Shown piece by piece: positions 38,827 through 51,509 of a DNA stretch of 64,000 bases. A model generated the notes under the pieces. That model worked only from the letters and a program-made list of their open reading frames with translations. It had not been told where the DNA came from and did no database searches. The stretch is taken from assembly GCF_963921235.1 (NCBI RefSeq), contig NC_086117.1, positions 24,428,001 to 24,492,000 on the forward strand, in the 5' to 3' direction. This DNA comes from Mobula hypostoma. Lineage: Eukaryota. Both the position numbers and the translations under genes were made by a program. Position 1 is the first letter of the stretch, and the number at the start of each line of letters is the position of its first letter.

Positions 38827-40016
38827 AGTAGTCATAGTCATAGTCATAGTCATAGTCATACTTTATTGATCCCGGGGGAAATTAGTTTTCGTTACAGTTG
38901 CACCATAAATAATAAATAGTAATAGAACCATAAATAGTTAAATAGTAGTATGTAAATTATGCCAGTAAATTATGAAATAAGTCCAGGACCAGCCTATTGG
39001 CTCAGGGTGTCTGACCCTCCAAGGGAGGAGTTGTAAAAGTTTGATGGCCACAGGCAGGAATGACTTCCTATGACGTTCAGTGCTGCATTTCGGTGGAATC
39101 AGTCTCTGGCTGAATGTACTCCTGTGCCCACCCAGTACATTATGTAGTGGATGGGAGACATTGACCAAGATGGCATGCAACTTAGACAGCATCCTCCTTT
39201 CAGACACCACCGTGAGAGAGTCCAGTTCCATCCCCACAACATCACTGGCCTTACGGATGAGTTTGTTGATTCTGTTGCTGTCTGCTACCCTCAGCCTGCT
39301 GCCCCAGCACACAACAGCAAACATGATAGTACTGGCCACCACAGACTCGTAGAACATCCTCAGCATCATCCGGCAGATATTAAAGGACATCAGTTTCCTC
39401 AGGAAGTAGAGACAGCTCTGACCCTTCTTGTAGACAGCCTCAGTGTTCTTTGACCAGTCCAGTCTATTGTCAATTCGTATCCCCAGGTATTTGTAATCCT
39501 CCACCATGTCCATACTGACCCCCTGGATGGAAACAGGGGTCACCGGTACCTTAGCACTCCTCAGGTCTACCACCAGCTCCTTAGTCTTTTTCACATTAAG
39601 CTGCAGATAATTCTGCTCACACCATGTGACAAAGTTTCCTACCGTAGCCCTGTACTCAGCCTCATCTCCCTTGCTGATGCATCCAACTATGGCAGAGTCA
39701 TCCCAAAACTTCTGAAGATGACAAGACTCTGTGCAGTAGTTGAAGTCCGCGGTGTAAATGGTGAAGAGAAAGGGAGACAAGACAGTTCCCTGTGGAGCCC
39801 CAGTGCTGCTGATCACTGTGTCGGACACATAGTGTTGTAAGCACACGTACTGTGGTCTGCCAGTCAGGTAATCAAGAATCCATGACACCAGGAGAGCATC
39901 CACCTGCATCACTGTCAGCTTCTCCCCCAGCAGAGCAGGGCGGATGGTGTTGAACGCACTGGAGAATTCAAAAAACATGACCCTCACAGTGCTTGCTGGC
40001 TTGTCCAGGTGGGCGT
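38827..40016 (-). mobile_element. Rex1/Babar-type LINE, second family, long open RT frame
   Basis: 349-aa ORF with FSSAFNTI, GAPQGTVLSPFLF, KFWDDSAIVG, LNVKKTKELVVD, YKYLG; (ctatga)n tail at 38827-38860. Confidence 0.92.
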
Positions 40017-41289
40017 ATATTTTAATCTATTCATTCTCAGCGTAGGAATAGTGATGACAGGCCACCATTCATTGCACCCCTCTGGCCATCTTTGAGAAAG
40101 TGGCTTACTTTCAAATTTTCTTTTGTGATATTCCTGTGAAGCACCTTGGGGGTCTATGTTCATTTTAAGGGTGCCGTTTAAATAAAGGGTAATTGTGGGA
40201 GTAGTTAGAGTACCCCTTTCTGTTGGATGTAGACAATTAAACTTCCTCCAGTGAATCTTCCATACATCCAATGGACCAAAGGCCTCTCTTCCCTTTAAGC
40301 TACAGTGTAATTCCACAAAGATCAAGGCATCAACCATAAATAATTCCAGTTTCTAGACACATGGAGTACATGAACAGGAGGGAATTTGAACGTCTCTGGG
40401 GTAATGAAGTTTGGATCCACAATATTCACTGACCCAGCCTCCATCCCACACAAACAGACTTCCCTGTTCTCAACTCCACAAAACTGGACAGATGTCAAGA
40501 GGAAGTTGCGGGAGGAGTTGATCAGATGATGAAGAAGCTCATTGAGAAGAAATGTTAGGAAGCGAGAAGGAGTAGATAAAAGATGTTTCGATTTGCACAT
40601 TGTTTTCAGTGCCAGAACAACACAAAGATTTCCTCATTCTTTCAGCAATAATACCATTTATTTTTTCATATCCCTCTGAAAGCATAGGAAGTCTTAATGG
40701 GACTTAACGGGCCCTTCTCCAATTGGTGACTGTAACTGGTAGATAGCACAAGGATTAGTGCTTGGGTCGCAGTTTATAAACTACATCGAGAAGTTGGCTG
40801 AGAGGACCAAATGTAATATTTCCCAGTTTGCTGATGACAGAAAACAAATCAGGAATCCAAGTAGAAAGAAAAATGAATAGGGGCTTTAAGGGGATATTGA
40901 CAATTGTGAAACTTATATCAAGAAAACACTGCAGATGCTGGAAATCTGAAATAAAATCAGTAAATGCCGGAAATACTCGGTACACCAAACAGCGTCTTTG
41001 GAAAGAGATCAATATTTCAGATTGAAGACCTTTTATCATAACTAGGGAAAATAAAAAAGAAACAACTTAGTTTTAAAACTAACTGAATGGACAAAAATAT
41101 GGCCGATGGATTAGAATTTGGAAAAATGCAGCTTTATCCACTTTAGGTAAAACTAACAGAAATGCTGAATATTTATTGAAATGGTAAGGGATTGAGAAAT
41201 GTTGGCATTTATAGGGACCTTTCTGCCTCAATGCAGCAGTAGAAGAAACCATGGACAGACGTATCAATATGACAATGGGAAGTCAAGGT

Positions 41290-41820
41290 GACCCTGGCTG
41301 TTGCGGTGGACAGAACCTCCATCAGTGAGGCCAAACCCAGGCTGGAGGAGTAACACCCCACTCCACCTGTGTAGTCGTCAATGTGATGGCATGAACATTG
41401 ATTTTTTTAATCTTCCAGTAATTTCTCTGTTTTTATTTTACCCCCACCCTCCATCCTTCTTTCTTTTTTTCCATTCCGGTTACCCTCTCACCCTTCTGCG
41501 GAACCACCATCATGACCTGACCATCATCTCCCTCTGGTTTCCCACTCTCCTTCCCCTTATCCTATGGCTCTCCTATTAGATTCCTTCTTCAGCACTTTTA
41601 CCTCTTCCACCTATCACTTCCCAGCTTCTTACTTAATTCTCACCTCCCCCCACCCACCCACCTTCTCCCCTCACCTGATTTCACCCATTACCTGCCAGTT
41701 TATACTACTCCCCCTCCCCCACATTCTTATTCTGGCTCCTGCCCCCTCCCTTTCATGTCCTGATGAAGGGTCTTGGCCCAAAACATCATTGCTTATTTCT
41801 CTACATAAATGCTGCCTAGT
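41290..41820 (+). mobile_element. Old PLE 3' fragment with decayed hammerhead
   Basis: gtc-ctgatga-agggtcttggccc-aaaa at ~41757-41785, with the GAAA box mutated. Confidence 0.65.
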
Positions 41821-43329
41821 GTGTAAAGAACAAAAGGTATGTTGGCCTTTCTTTCAAGGTGATTTGAGTACAAGGATATAGATTCCTTGCTATATTTACA
41901 TGAGGACTTGGCGAGCCCACTCAGGGTGCACTATGAACAAATTCATTCTCCTTACTTAAAGGAGCAGAAGTTTATTATTGAGGGCAGTAAAGATTCATCA
42001 GAATGGTTCTCAGGCTGATATGGGAAAAATTGAGTAGACTAGGCCCATACACTCCAGAGTTTGAGAGGTGATACATTTGAGATGTAGGTAGGCACCGGAT
42101 TAGATAATGTAGATGAAGGGATGACCCCCCCCCTCCCCCGCAGTTAAGGAACCTAGAACCATGGATCACAATCTGAAGACGTGGGCCACTTTGAGAGAAA
42201 CTTCTTCATTTAGGGGAAGGTTAATTTTTAGAATTCTGTCCCTCATAAGAGTTATAGAAGCTCAGTCACTGTATTCAAAACATTGATGGATTTCTGGATA
42301 TTAAATCAATCAAGGGACTTGTGGAAAAGACAGAAAAATCGATTTGATCATCGTCTTGTTGAAAGGCAGAGCAGCACTGAGCGTCTGAATGATCTTCTCT
42401 TACCCCTGTGTCCTACCCTTTATGTTCGAATGCATCCTCTGACAATCATGCACACACTCAGTGGTGCACTGGGAGGGGTGATCCAGCTGAAATGGGGGCT
42501 GAACGCACAACCCTGAAGTAGAAATCAAACCCATGATTCTAAAGATAGATGTTACTAAACTGACACAAGGATGCTGCAGGTATCCCCTCCCCACACCCCC
42601 TCCCCCACCCAACTGACATAACTTCTGGCCAATGAGTTGAAGAATGATGCAGTGGAACAAGGAAGCAGGTCCATGTCTAATTTGAGCCGGTGATAATCAC
42701 AGCCCAGAAATAAACATGATCAGACATTGAGGACATCCTGTGCCAATCCACAGAGGGAGACTAAACAAACCATTATCTCGGAAATGTCTGTTGCTCACTG
42801 GGCACTATGCCATGAGACTACTTATGTTTCCAGTATTTATTGGAGTGTGGGGAACATCAATGGCAAACAAAATGTTGCATCTTTATACAAACTAAACAAG
42901 TATACAAACTGTAAGTCAGACATTCCTCTTTCCAAGGGCGCAGCAGGTCATTCCCAAGGCTGATTTGTAGGAGAGCCTGTCAGTGATTCATTCCTTACAG
43001 ACTCAAGATGTTGTTAAGTAGGGCAGCTCATTTTTGCAAAGCAGGTCTACACAGGCAGACTAGTCTCCCAGAGCCCAGTCACCAAGGAGTCAGGGGCACA
43101 GAAAGAAGGATCATTGAAGAAAGTTTTGCATTTCTAAAGTCCCTTTATAAGTTTAGGATATCCCCAAGTTATTTCCAGTCAAGGGAAATCTTAGAATATC
43201 TTGAGGTGTCCCAGGTTGTGGTAGGGCCCAAGGCAAATGCTTTCAAAAGCAAAAGTTGTTTCATATTTCAAGTTCCTGTGTGTCAACATCTCTAAGGACC
43301 CAACCTGGAGGTAACATTTTGAAGCAGCT

Positions 43330-43972
43330 ATAAAGAAGGCAAGACAGTGACTATATTTCATTTGAAGTTTGAGATTTGGTTTGTCAACTGGAACAGTTGA
43401 AAACTTCGGGCTGCATCACCGTCTGGTATGGGAGGGCGACTGCACAAGATCAAAATAAGTTGCAGAAACTTGTACAATTAGTCACTCCATCATGGGTACT
43501 AGCCTCTGTAGTGTCCCAGACATCTTCAAGGAGTGGTGCCTCAGGAAGGCATCATTAAGGATCCCCATCATCCAGGACGTGCCCTCTATACACTGTTAAT
43601 GTCAGGAAAGGGGTACTGTAAAGCAGTATGAAGGCACATACTCTACGATTCAGGAAGAGCTTCTTCCCCTCTGCCATCCAATTCCTAAATGGACATTGAA
43701 CCCATGAACACGACCTCACTACCTTTTAAGTTGTTTTCCACTACTTATTTTAACTTAACTATTTAATAGAACTATATACACTATATATATGTGCGTGTGT
43801 GTGTGTGTGTGTGTGTGTGCGTGCATGTGTATATATATATACCTATGTACACTAAATGTAACTCAGTACTTTTCTCTATATTTATCTATCGTATATTTCA
43901 TTGCACTGCTGCCAATAAGTTAACAAATTTTGCAACAGCTGCCGGTGATATTAAATCTGATTCTGATTCTGA
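43330..43972 (+). mobile_element. Rex-type LINE 3' fragment containing a (GT)n/(AT)n microsatellite
   Basis: GCITVWYG motif; (ttctga)n tail. Confidence 0.7.
43771..43842. repeat. Compound (TA)n-(GT)n-(AT)n microsatellite
   Basis: Seen directly in the sequence. Confidence 0.9.
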
Positions 43973-44239
43973 AATACAAGTTTAGATGGGGATCCAAAAA
44001 TGGAAATTTAAAAATTTGTCAATTTTTGATATGAGACAATATTTTAATTCGGTAAATGAATCCCCACCCGGCGCTGCGAATCCCATTATACAAGGCTATA
44101 TTTCTGCAACATTCAGTGCCGTATGACTAGCACAGCATTGTCAGAGCCCGAGGAGGTGGGAGAGAAAGATAATGCAATTGCCATAACCTGGGGTAAACCT
44201 GTAGTTTGCCTCTTTACCTCCTCCAGAGGACTGCGGTCA

Positions 44240-45115
44240 TTACGGATTTTTATTAATGACTTGGGTGAGGAAGTGGAGGAGTGCAAATGTCGCCGAATTT
44301 GGTGGCGTTGTGGATGGTGTAGAAGGTTGTCATAGGTCACAACAGGACATTGACAGGATGCAGAGTTGGGCTGAGAAGTGGTAGATGGATTTCAACCCAG
44401 AAAAGTGTGAAGTGATTCACCTTGGAAGATCAAATTTGAAAGCAGAATACTGGGTTAATGGCATGATTCTCAGCAGTGTGGAGGAACAGAGGGATCTTGG
44501 AGTCCTCAAAGTTGGCAAACAAGTTGATAGGGTGCTTAAGAAGGTGTATGGCGTATTGGTCTTCATTAGTCATGGGACTGAGTTTAAGAAAATTCTGGTT
44601 AGACCGCACTTAAAATATCGAGTTCAGTTCTGGTCGCCTCGTTATAAGAAGAATGTGGAAGCTTCAGAGAGGGTCCAGAGCAGATCTACCAGGATGCTGC
44701 CAGGACTAGAGAGCGTGTCTTATGAGGGTAGCTTGAGCAAGCTAGGGTTTTTCTCTTTGGATCAAAGGAGGATAAAAGGTGACTTGATAAAGGAGTACAA
44801 GATGATAAGAGGCATAGATAGAGCCGATAGCCAGACACTTTTTTACAGGGTGAAAATGGCCAATAACAGGAGACATAATTTAAAAGAGATTAGAGGAAAG
44901 TATGGCGGGGGGGGGTTGGAATGTCAGAGGTAAGTTTTTTTTAGACAGTGTGGTATGTGGACCACCCTGCCAGGGGTTCTGGTAGAGACAGATACATTAG
45001 GAGCATTAAAAAACTCTTAGATAGGCACATGGATGATAGAAAAATGGCGAGCTACGTAGGAGGGAAGTTAAAAAGTCATTGCAGACCAAACGCCCTGTGC
45101 TGTACTGTAGTGTTC
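44240..45115 (+). mobile_element. CR1 3' fragment
   Basis: FINDL.EEVE, MDFNPEKCEVIHLG, RPHLKY.VQFWSP. Confidence 0.88.
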
Positions 45116-45647
45116 ATGCTCCACCACATATGCCAGATACACTTCCCATTAACTGGAATCCCACACCTTAATATACATATTGGAAGGCTATCTGTTCAAG
45201 GCTGATGAATTGTTGATTTATCTACACCTCTCTTAATAGACAGGGTATATTTTAAATATTGACCCATCACTGTACAAAGAATCGAGGGATTGCGTACAAG
45301 TCCTGGTGGCTGCCTGCTGACAAACAGTCTATTGAAAATGATCAATTGCTGAATCTGGTGTTGGAGAATTATATCAACTAAACTCTTGATCTATTTAGTT
45401 GACGGCTAAACAATTTAACAAATGAACAATAATCATCTCAGCACCAGTGATGAGATACGGTGGCTCAGTTATTAAGTTAATGACCATGAGCATCGATTCA
45501 GAGACAAATTCAAATCCTATTACAGCAATTTCAAATGAATAAATAAATTTAAAATGAAAAGCTCGGATCTATATTGGTGACCATGAAATAATCTGATGGT
45601 CATATAAAGCAATCTGCTCCGGTGCTGCCAATATTTGGGAGACGCTG

Positions 45648-45790
45648 TGGCACGGTGGTTAGTGCTGCTGTCTCTCAGCTACAGGGTCCTGGGTTCAATC
45701 CTGACCCAGGGGTGCTCCCTGTGTGGAGTTTGCATGCTCTCCCTGTGACAGTATCGGTCTCCTCCAGATGCTCAACTTCCTTCTCACACC
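45648..45790 (+). mobile_element. V-SINE 5' part
   Basis: B box gggttcaatcc plus V domain gtgtggagtttgcatgctctccc. Confidence 0.7.
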
Positions 45791-45796
45791 CCAATA

Positions 45797-46293
45797 TACC
45801 CTTCATCGGGTACCTCCTATGTTCGCGAGCTTCAGCTGCTGTAGCCCACCCACTTCAAGGACCGATGTGTTCGGAGATGCTCTTCTGCGCACTACTGTAA
45901 CGTGTGATTATTGGAGTTACTCTCACCTTCCTGTCAGCTTGAGCCAGTCTGACCATTTTCCTCCGACCTCTCATTAACTAGCTGATGTCACTCACTAGAT
46001 TCTTTTTTTGTTCTCTTGCGCCATTCTCTGTAAACCCTGGAGACTACTGTGTGTGAAAATCCCAAGCGATCAGCGGGTTCCGAGACACACAAACCACCCC
46101 AACTGGCATCAACAATCATTCCACGGTCAAAGTAACTTAGGTCACTTTTCTCCCCCGTTCTGACACTTGGTCTGATCAACAGCTGAACTTCTTGACCATG
46201 TCTGCATGATTTTATGCATTCAATTGCTGCCACAAGATTGGCTGATATTTTCTTAACAGGGTACACAGGTGTCCCTTAGTGGTCTCTGAGTGT
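45797..46293 (-). mobile_element. Tc1/mariner deletion derivative keeping the transposase N-terminal HTH
   Basis: DLSYFDRGMIV....G..VSE.A..LGFSHT.VSRVYREW; the right end finishes ctgagtg|TA. Confidence 0.7.
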
Positions 46294-46305
46294 ATGTATT
46301 ATAAG

Positions 46306-48110
46306 GCCATAAGACCATAAGATATAGGAGCAGAATTAGGGCATTTGGCCCAACGAGTCTACTCTACCATTTCACCATTGCTGATCCAATTTTTCTCTCA
46401 GCCCCAATCTCCTTCCTTCTCCCCGTATCTCTTCATGCCCTGACCAATCAAGAATCTATCAACCTCTGTCTCAAATTTACATAAAGGCTTGGCCCCCACA
46501 AATGCCTGTGGCAAAAATTCCACAGATTCACCCCTCTCTGGCTAAAGAAATTCCTCCTCATCTCCATTCTAAAAAAATCAGCCCTCTATTCTGAGGCTAT
46601 GCCTCTGGTCTTAGACTCTCCCACCATGGGAAACATCCTCTCCACATCCATTCTATCAAGGCCTTTCGCTATTTGATAGGTTTCAATGAGGTCACCCCCA
46701 TTCTCCTGAATTCCAGTGAATACAGGCCCAGAACCATCAAACACTCTTCATATGACAAGCCATTCAGTCCTGGATTCATTTTTGTGATCCTCCTTTGAAC
46801 CCTCTCCAGTTTCAGCACATCCCCTCCAAGAAAAGTGGCCCAGACCTGCTCACAATTCTCCAAATGATGCATACCAGTGCTTCATAAAGCTTCAACATTA
46901 CATCCTTGCTTTTATATTCTAGTCCTCTTGAAATTAATGCTAACATTGCATTTGCCTTCCTCCCCACAGACTCAACCTGCAAATTAACCTTTAGGGAATC
47001 CCAAGTCTCTTTTTACCTCAGTTTTTTGTATTTTCTCTCCATTTACAAATAGTCAACCCTTTCATTTCTTCTACCAAAGTACATGACCATACAATTCCCA
47101 ACACTGTATTCTATCTGCCATTTCTTTGCCCATTCTCCTAATCTGTCTAAGTCCTTCTGTAGCCTCTCATCTCTCTCAAAACTACCTGCCCCTCCACCTA
47201 TCTTGATATAATCTGCGAACTTTGCAACAAAGCCATCAATTCCATCATCCAAATCATTGGCATATAACGTAAAAAGAATCGGTCCCAACACAGACCCCTG
47301 TGGAACACCACTAATCACCGGCAGCCAGCCAGAAAAGGCTCCCTTTATTCCCACCCTTTGCCTCCTGCCAATCAGCCACTGCTTTATCCATTCTAGAATC
47401 TTTCCTGTAATACCATAGCTTGTTAAGCAGCCTCATGTGTGGCATCTTGCCAAAGGCTTGCTGAAAATCTAAGTATACAACATCAACTGATTCTCCTTTG
47501 TCTGCTTGTTACTTCTTCAAAGAATTCCAACAGATTTGTCAGGCAAGATTTTCCCTTGACGAAACCATGCTCACTAAGGCCTATTTTATCATGTGCCTCC
47601 AAGTACCCTGAGACCTCACCTTAATAATCGACTCCAACATTTTCCCTGCCACTGGGGTCAGACTTTTTGGCTGGTAGCTTCCTTTCTTCTGCCTCTCTCC
47701 CTTCTTGAAGAGTGGAGTGACTTTTGTAATTTTCCAGTCTTCCAGAACCATTCCAGAATCTAGTGATTTCTTGAAAGATCATTACTAATGCCTCCATGAT
47801 CCCTTCAGCCACTCTTTCAGTACCCTGTGGTTTACATTATCTGGTCCAGGTGACTTATCTACCTTCAGACCTTTCAGTTTCCCAAGAACCTTCTCTCTAG
47901 TCATGGTAGCTTCACACACTTCCTGCCCCCTAACGGCAGGACTTCCACCATACTGCAAGTGAATTTCCACAGTGAACACTGATGCAAAATACTCATTCAG
48001 TTCATCTGCTGTTTCATTGTCCCCCATTACTACCTCTCCAGCATCGTTTTCCAGTGGTCTGATATCCACTCCTACCTCCTCTTTTACACTTTGTGTACCT
48101 GAAGAAACTT
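46306..48110 (-). mobile_element. CR1 LINE, ~1.8 kb, degenerate
   Basis: LNEYFASVFT, KSPGPD, GVPQGSVLGP, KFAD; (tcttatgg)n tail. Confidence 0.92.
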
Positions 48111-48659
48111 ATCCTTTACAAGTTAATGGCAAAAGGTGTTAAAGGGCAGATGATGGCATGTGTAAGAGACAATACGTAGCAGCTCTGAAATAGCCCTGGG
48201 GCACTCGGGGGTGAACAATCCTTTTCTGTCATTTGAACAAAGAAATGAAACATACAGATTTTTATTTGCTCTTAAAGCACAAGTTTACTTGAGTGGGTTC
48301 CGTTGAAGACCTTCCCCCCAAACAACTGGCAGAGATTTGAAAAATTAACATAACATCCATGTTTCCTACCCCCTCAATGACCAAATGACTGCTTTCCATT
48401 TAACACCAACTAATTCAGCAGAAAGTCAACACCAGTATAATAGGCAAACTATTTTTCAAGGAATGCATGCCCTCAGCTTTAACTGAGAAAAATGGATGGA
48501 GGGGAAGGAGAGGGGAGGGGCTACTGCACAGGAAAGAAGTGAGCTGTAGAGTGTTGGAAAATTAGTCAGGTCCATCGTGGACATTGTCTTCCATAGTATC
48601 TGCAACATCTTCATGCAGCGGTGTCTCAAAAAGCAAATTTGCTTAATGGTCCACCATTA

Positions 48660-50917
48660 AGCAAAAGAAAATCTGCAGATGTTGTAAATCCAAGCAACAC
48701 ACACAAAATACTGGAGGAACTCAGCAGGCCAGGCAACATCTATAGAAAAGAGTACAGTCCACGTTTCGAACAAAAACCCTTCATCAGGACTAGAGAAAAA
48801 AAGATGAGGTGTCAAAATTAAAAGGTGGGTGAGGGGAGGACAGGAGGTGATGGTGAAACGGGGGGGGGATGGGTGAAGTAAGGAGCTGGAAAGTTGATTG
48901 GTGAAAGAGATACGGGGCTGGAGAAGGCGGGGATCTGATAGGAGAGGACAGAAGGACATGGAAGAAAGAAAAGAGGGAGGAGCACCAGAGGGGGGGGGGG
49001 TGATGGGCAGTAAGGAGATTAGGTGAGAGAGGGAAATGGGAATGGAGAAGGTGGGGAGGGCATTACCAGAAGTTTGAACAATCTATGTTCATGCCATCAA
49101 GTCGGAGGCTACTTGGATGGTATATGATATGTTGCTCCTTCAAACTGAGTGTGGCTTCACCGAGACAGTAGTGGATACTATAGACTGGCATGTCAGAATG
49201 GGAATGGAAAGCAAGGAATTAAAATAGGTGGCCACTGGGAGATCCCACTTTTTCTGGCGAATGGTCTCCCAGTCTACGTCGGGTCTACAGCAGGCCACAC
49301 TGGGAGCGCTGAACACAGTGTATGACCCCAACAGACTCACAGGTGAGGTGTCGCCTCACCTGTTTAGGGCCCCGAATGGTAGTGAGGGAGGAAGGGAGGA
49401 GGTGTAGGGGCAGGTGTAACAGTTGTTCCACTTACAAGGATAAGTGCCAGGAGGGAGATCAGTGGGGGAGGGGCAAATGGACAAGAGAGTCTCGGGAGGG
49501 AGCGATCCCTGCGGAAAGCAGAAAGTGGGGAGGGGTAGGATCCCGCTGGAGATGGCGGAAATTACGGAGAATTATATGCTGGACGCGGAGGCTGGTGGGA
49601 TGATAGGTGAGGACAAGGGGAACCCTATCCTTGGTGTGGCGGTGGGAGGATGGGTTGAGGGCAGATGTGCGCGAAATGGAAGCGATGCGGTTGAGGGCAG
49701 CGTTGATGGTGGAGGAAGGGAAGCCCCTTTCTTTGAAAAAAGAGGGGAATCTCCTTCGTTCTGAAATGAAAAGCCTCATCCTGAGTAGATGCGGCGAAGA
49801 CGGAGGAATTGAGAGAAGGGGATGGCGTTTTTACAAGTAGAAGTGTGGGACGAAGTAGCTGTGAGAGTCAGTGGGTCTATAATAGACATCGGTAGATAAG
49901 CTGTCTCCAGAGATACAGACAGTGAGATGGAGAAAGGGAAGGGAGGTGTCGGAAACGGACCAGGTGAATTTGAGGGCAGGTTGGAAGTCGGAGGCAAAGT
50001 TGATGAAGTCGACAAGCTCAGCATGGGTGCAGGAAGCGGCCCCAATGTAGTCGTCGATGTAGCGGATGAAAAGTTGGGCAGTGACGCCAGTGTAGGCTTG
50101 GAATATAGACTGTTCCACGTAGCCGACATAAAGGCAGGCATCGCTGGGACCCATGCTAGTACCCATGGCAACATCTGCCCCTACACCTCTTCCCTCACTA
50201 CCATTTAGGGCCCTAAACAGTCCTTCGAGGTGAGACGACACTTCGCCTGTGAGTCTGCTGTGGTCATCTACTGTACCCGGTGCTCCCAGTGTAGCCTTCT
50301 GGATGTTGGTGAGACCCGACGTACATTGGGAGACCGCTTCGCCAAGCACCTACATTCCGTCCGCCAGAAGAAGCGGTATGTCCCGGTGGCGACTCATTTT
50401 AATTCCAAATCCCATTCACATTCCGACATGTCAGTCCATAGCCTCCTCCGCTGTCGCGATGAGGCCACACTCAGGTTGGAAGAGCAACACATTATATTCC
50501 GTCTGGGTAGCCTCCAACCCCACGGCATGAACATCAATTTCTCGAACTCCCGGTAATACTCCACCACCCCCCACCCCTTCACTATTGCCCGATCCCGTTT
50601 CCCTCTCTCTCCTTGTCTCCTTGCCTTCCCATCACCTCCCTCTGGTGCTCCTCCCCCTTCCCTTTCTTCCATGGCCTTCTACCCTCCCCCTACTTCTCCA
50701 GCCCTGTATCTCTTTCACCAATCAACTTCCCAGCTCTTTACTTCGCCTCCCCTTCCCAGCTTCGCCCATCACCTTGTGTTTCTCCCCCCCCCCACCACCC
50801 ACACCTTTTAATTCTACTCCTCTTCTTTTTTCTCCAGTCCAGCCCGAAACTTGCACTGTACTCGTTTCCATAGACGCTGCCTGGCCTGCTGAGTTCCTCC
50901 AGCATTTTGTGTGTGTT
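48660..50917. mobile_element. Penelope-like retroelement: minus-strand RT to GIY-YIG to pLTR (50170-48660) with an inverted plus-strand GIY-YIG/pLTR copy (50171-50917)
   Basis: PLE RT motifs VAMGTSMGP..A.L.VG, FIRYIDD, LPFL, VYYRPTDSHSY. GIY-YIG region VIYC.RC..C....VGET.R.L..RF..H...EQ..I..L....P.GMN. TSD gtccaccatta at 48649-48659 and 50918-50928, inside a Rex-type LINE tail. Confidence 0.9.
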
Positions 50918-51509
50918 GTCCACCATTACGAACCCCCATCACCAGGACACCTCCTTTTCTCACTGTTACCATCAGGAAGGAGGTATAGGACCCTGAAGGC
51001 ACGCCCTCAGCGATTCAGGAACAGCTTCTTCCCCTCTGCCATCCGATTTCTGAATGGACATTGACTCATGAACTACTTTTTTGGCACTACTTATTTAATT
51101 TAACTATGTAATATAGATTCATACTGTAATTCACGCTTTTTCTCTATTATTATGTATTGCATTGTACTGCTGCCGCAAAGATAACGAATTAAATCTGATT
51201 CTGATTCCATGTGCGGTGTCCCGGGGCAACTGTTCCAAATGATTCAGCTGCCCAGGCTGCATAGGACGAATTCTCGTTTTAACTCCCACAGAATTTTAAC
51301 CTAGTGTACGGACAGTCCGTGCATTCCTTTTGGTTTCACTTGGAACTGTGTAGTTACAAAAGATTTCAAATTAAACTTCTGATTGTAGCAGGTGACCCTG
51401 CAATTGCAACAAATGAGCGACTAGTTGCAAGGAATTTTGAATTCCCCTAGTATTTGAAAGTTTAAGAGTAACGTTGTGGTTAGAAAAAGGATTGAAACTT
51501 AACCCAGTT

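Noticed and set aside
38827-38860. (AGTCAT)n and other short tandem arrays as CRISPR-like or satellite units
   Set aside because: They have no spacers and are the 3' tails of LINEs. The DNA is vertebrate.
48756-48791. Hammerhead motif as an active ribozyme
   Set aside because: The triplet is GUG, which breaks the NUH rule, and stem II is weak. Kept only as a fossil copy.
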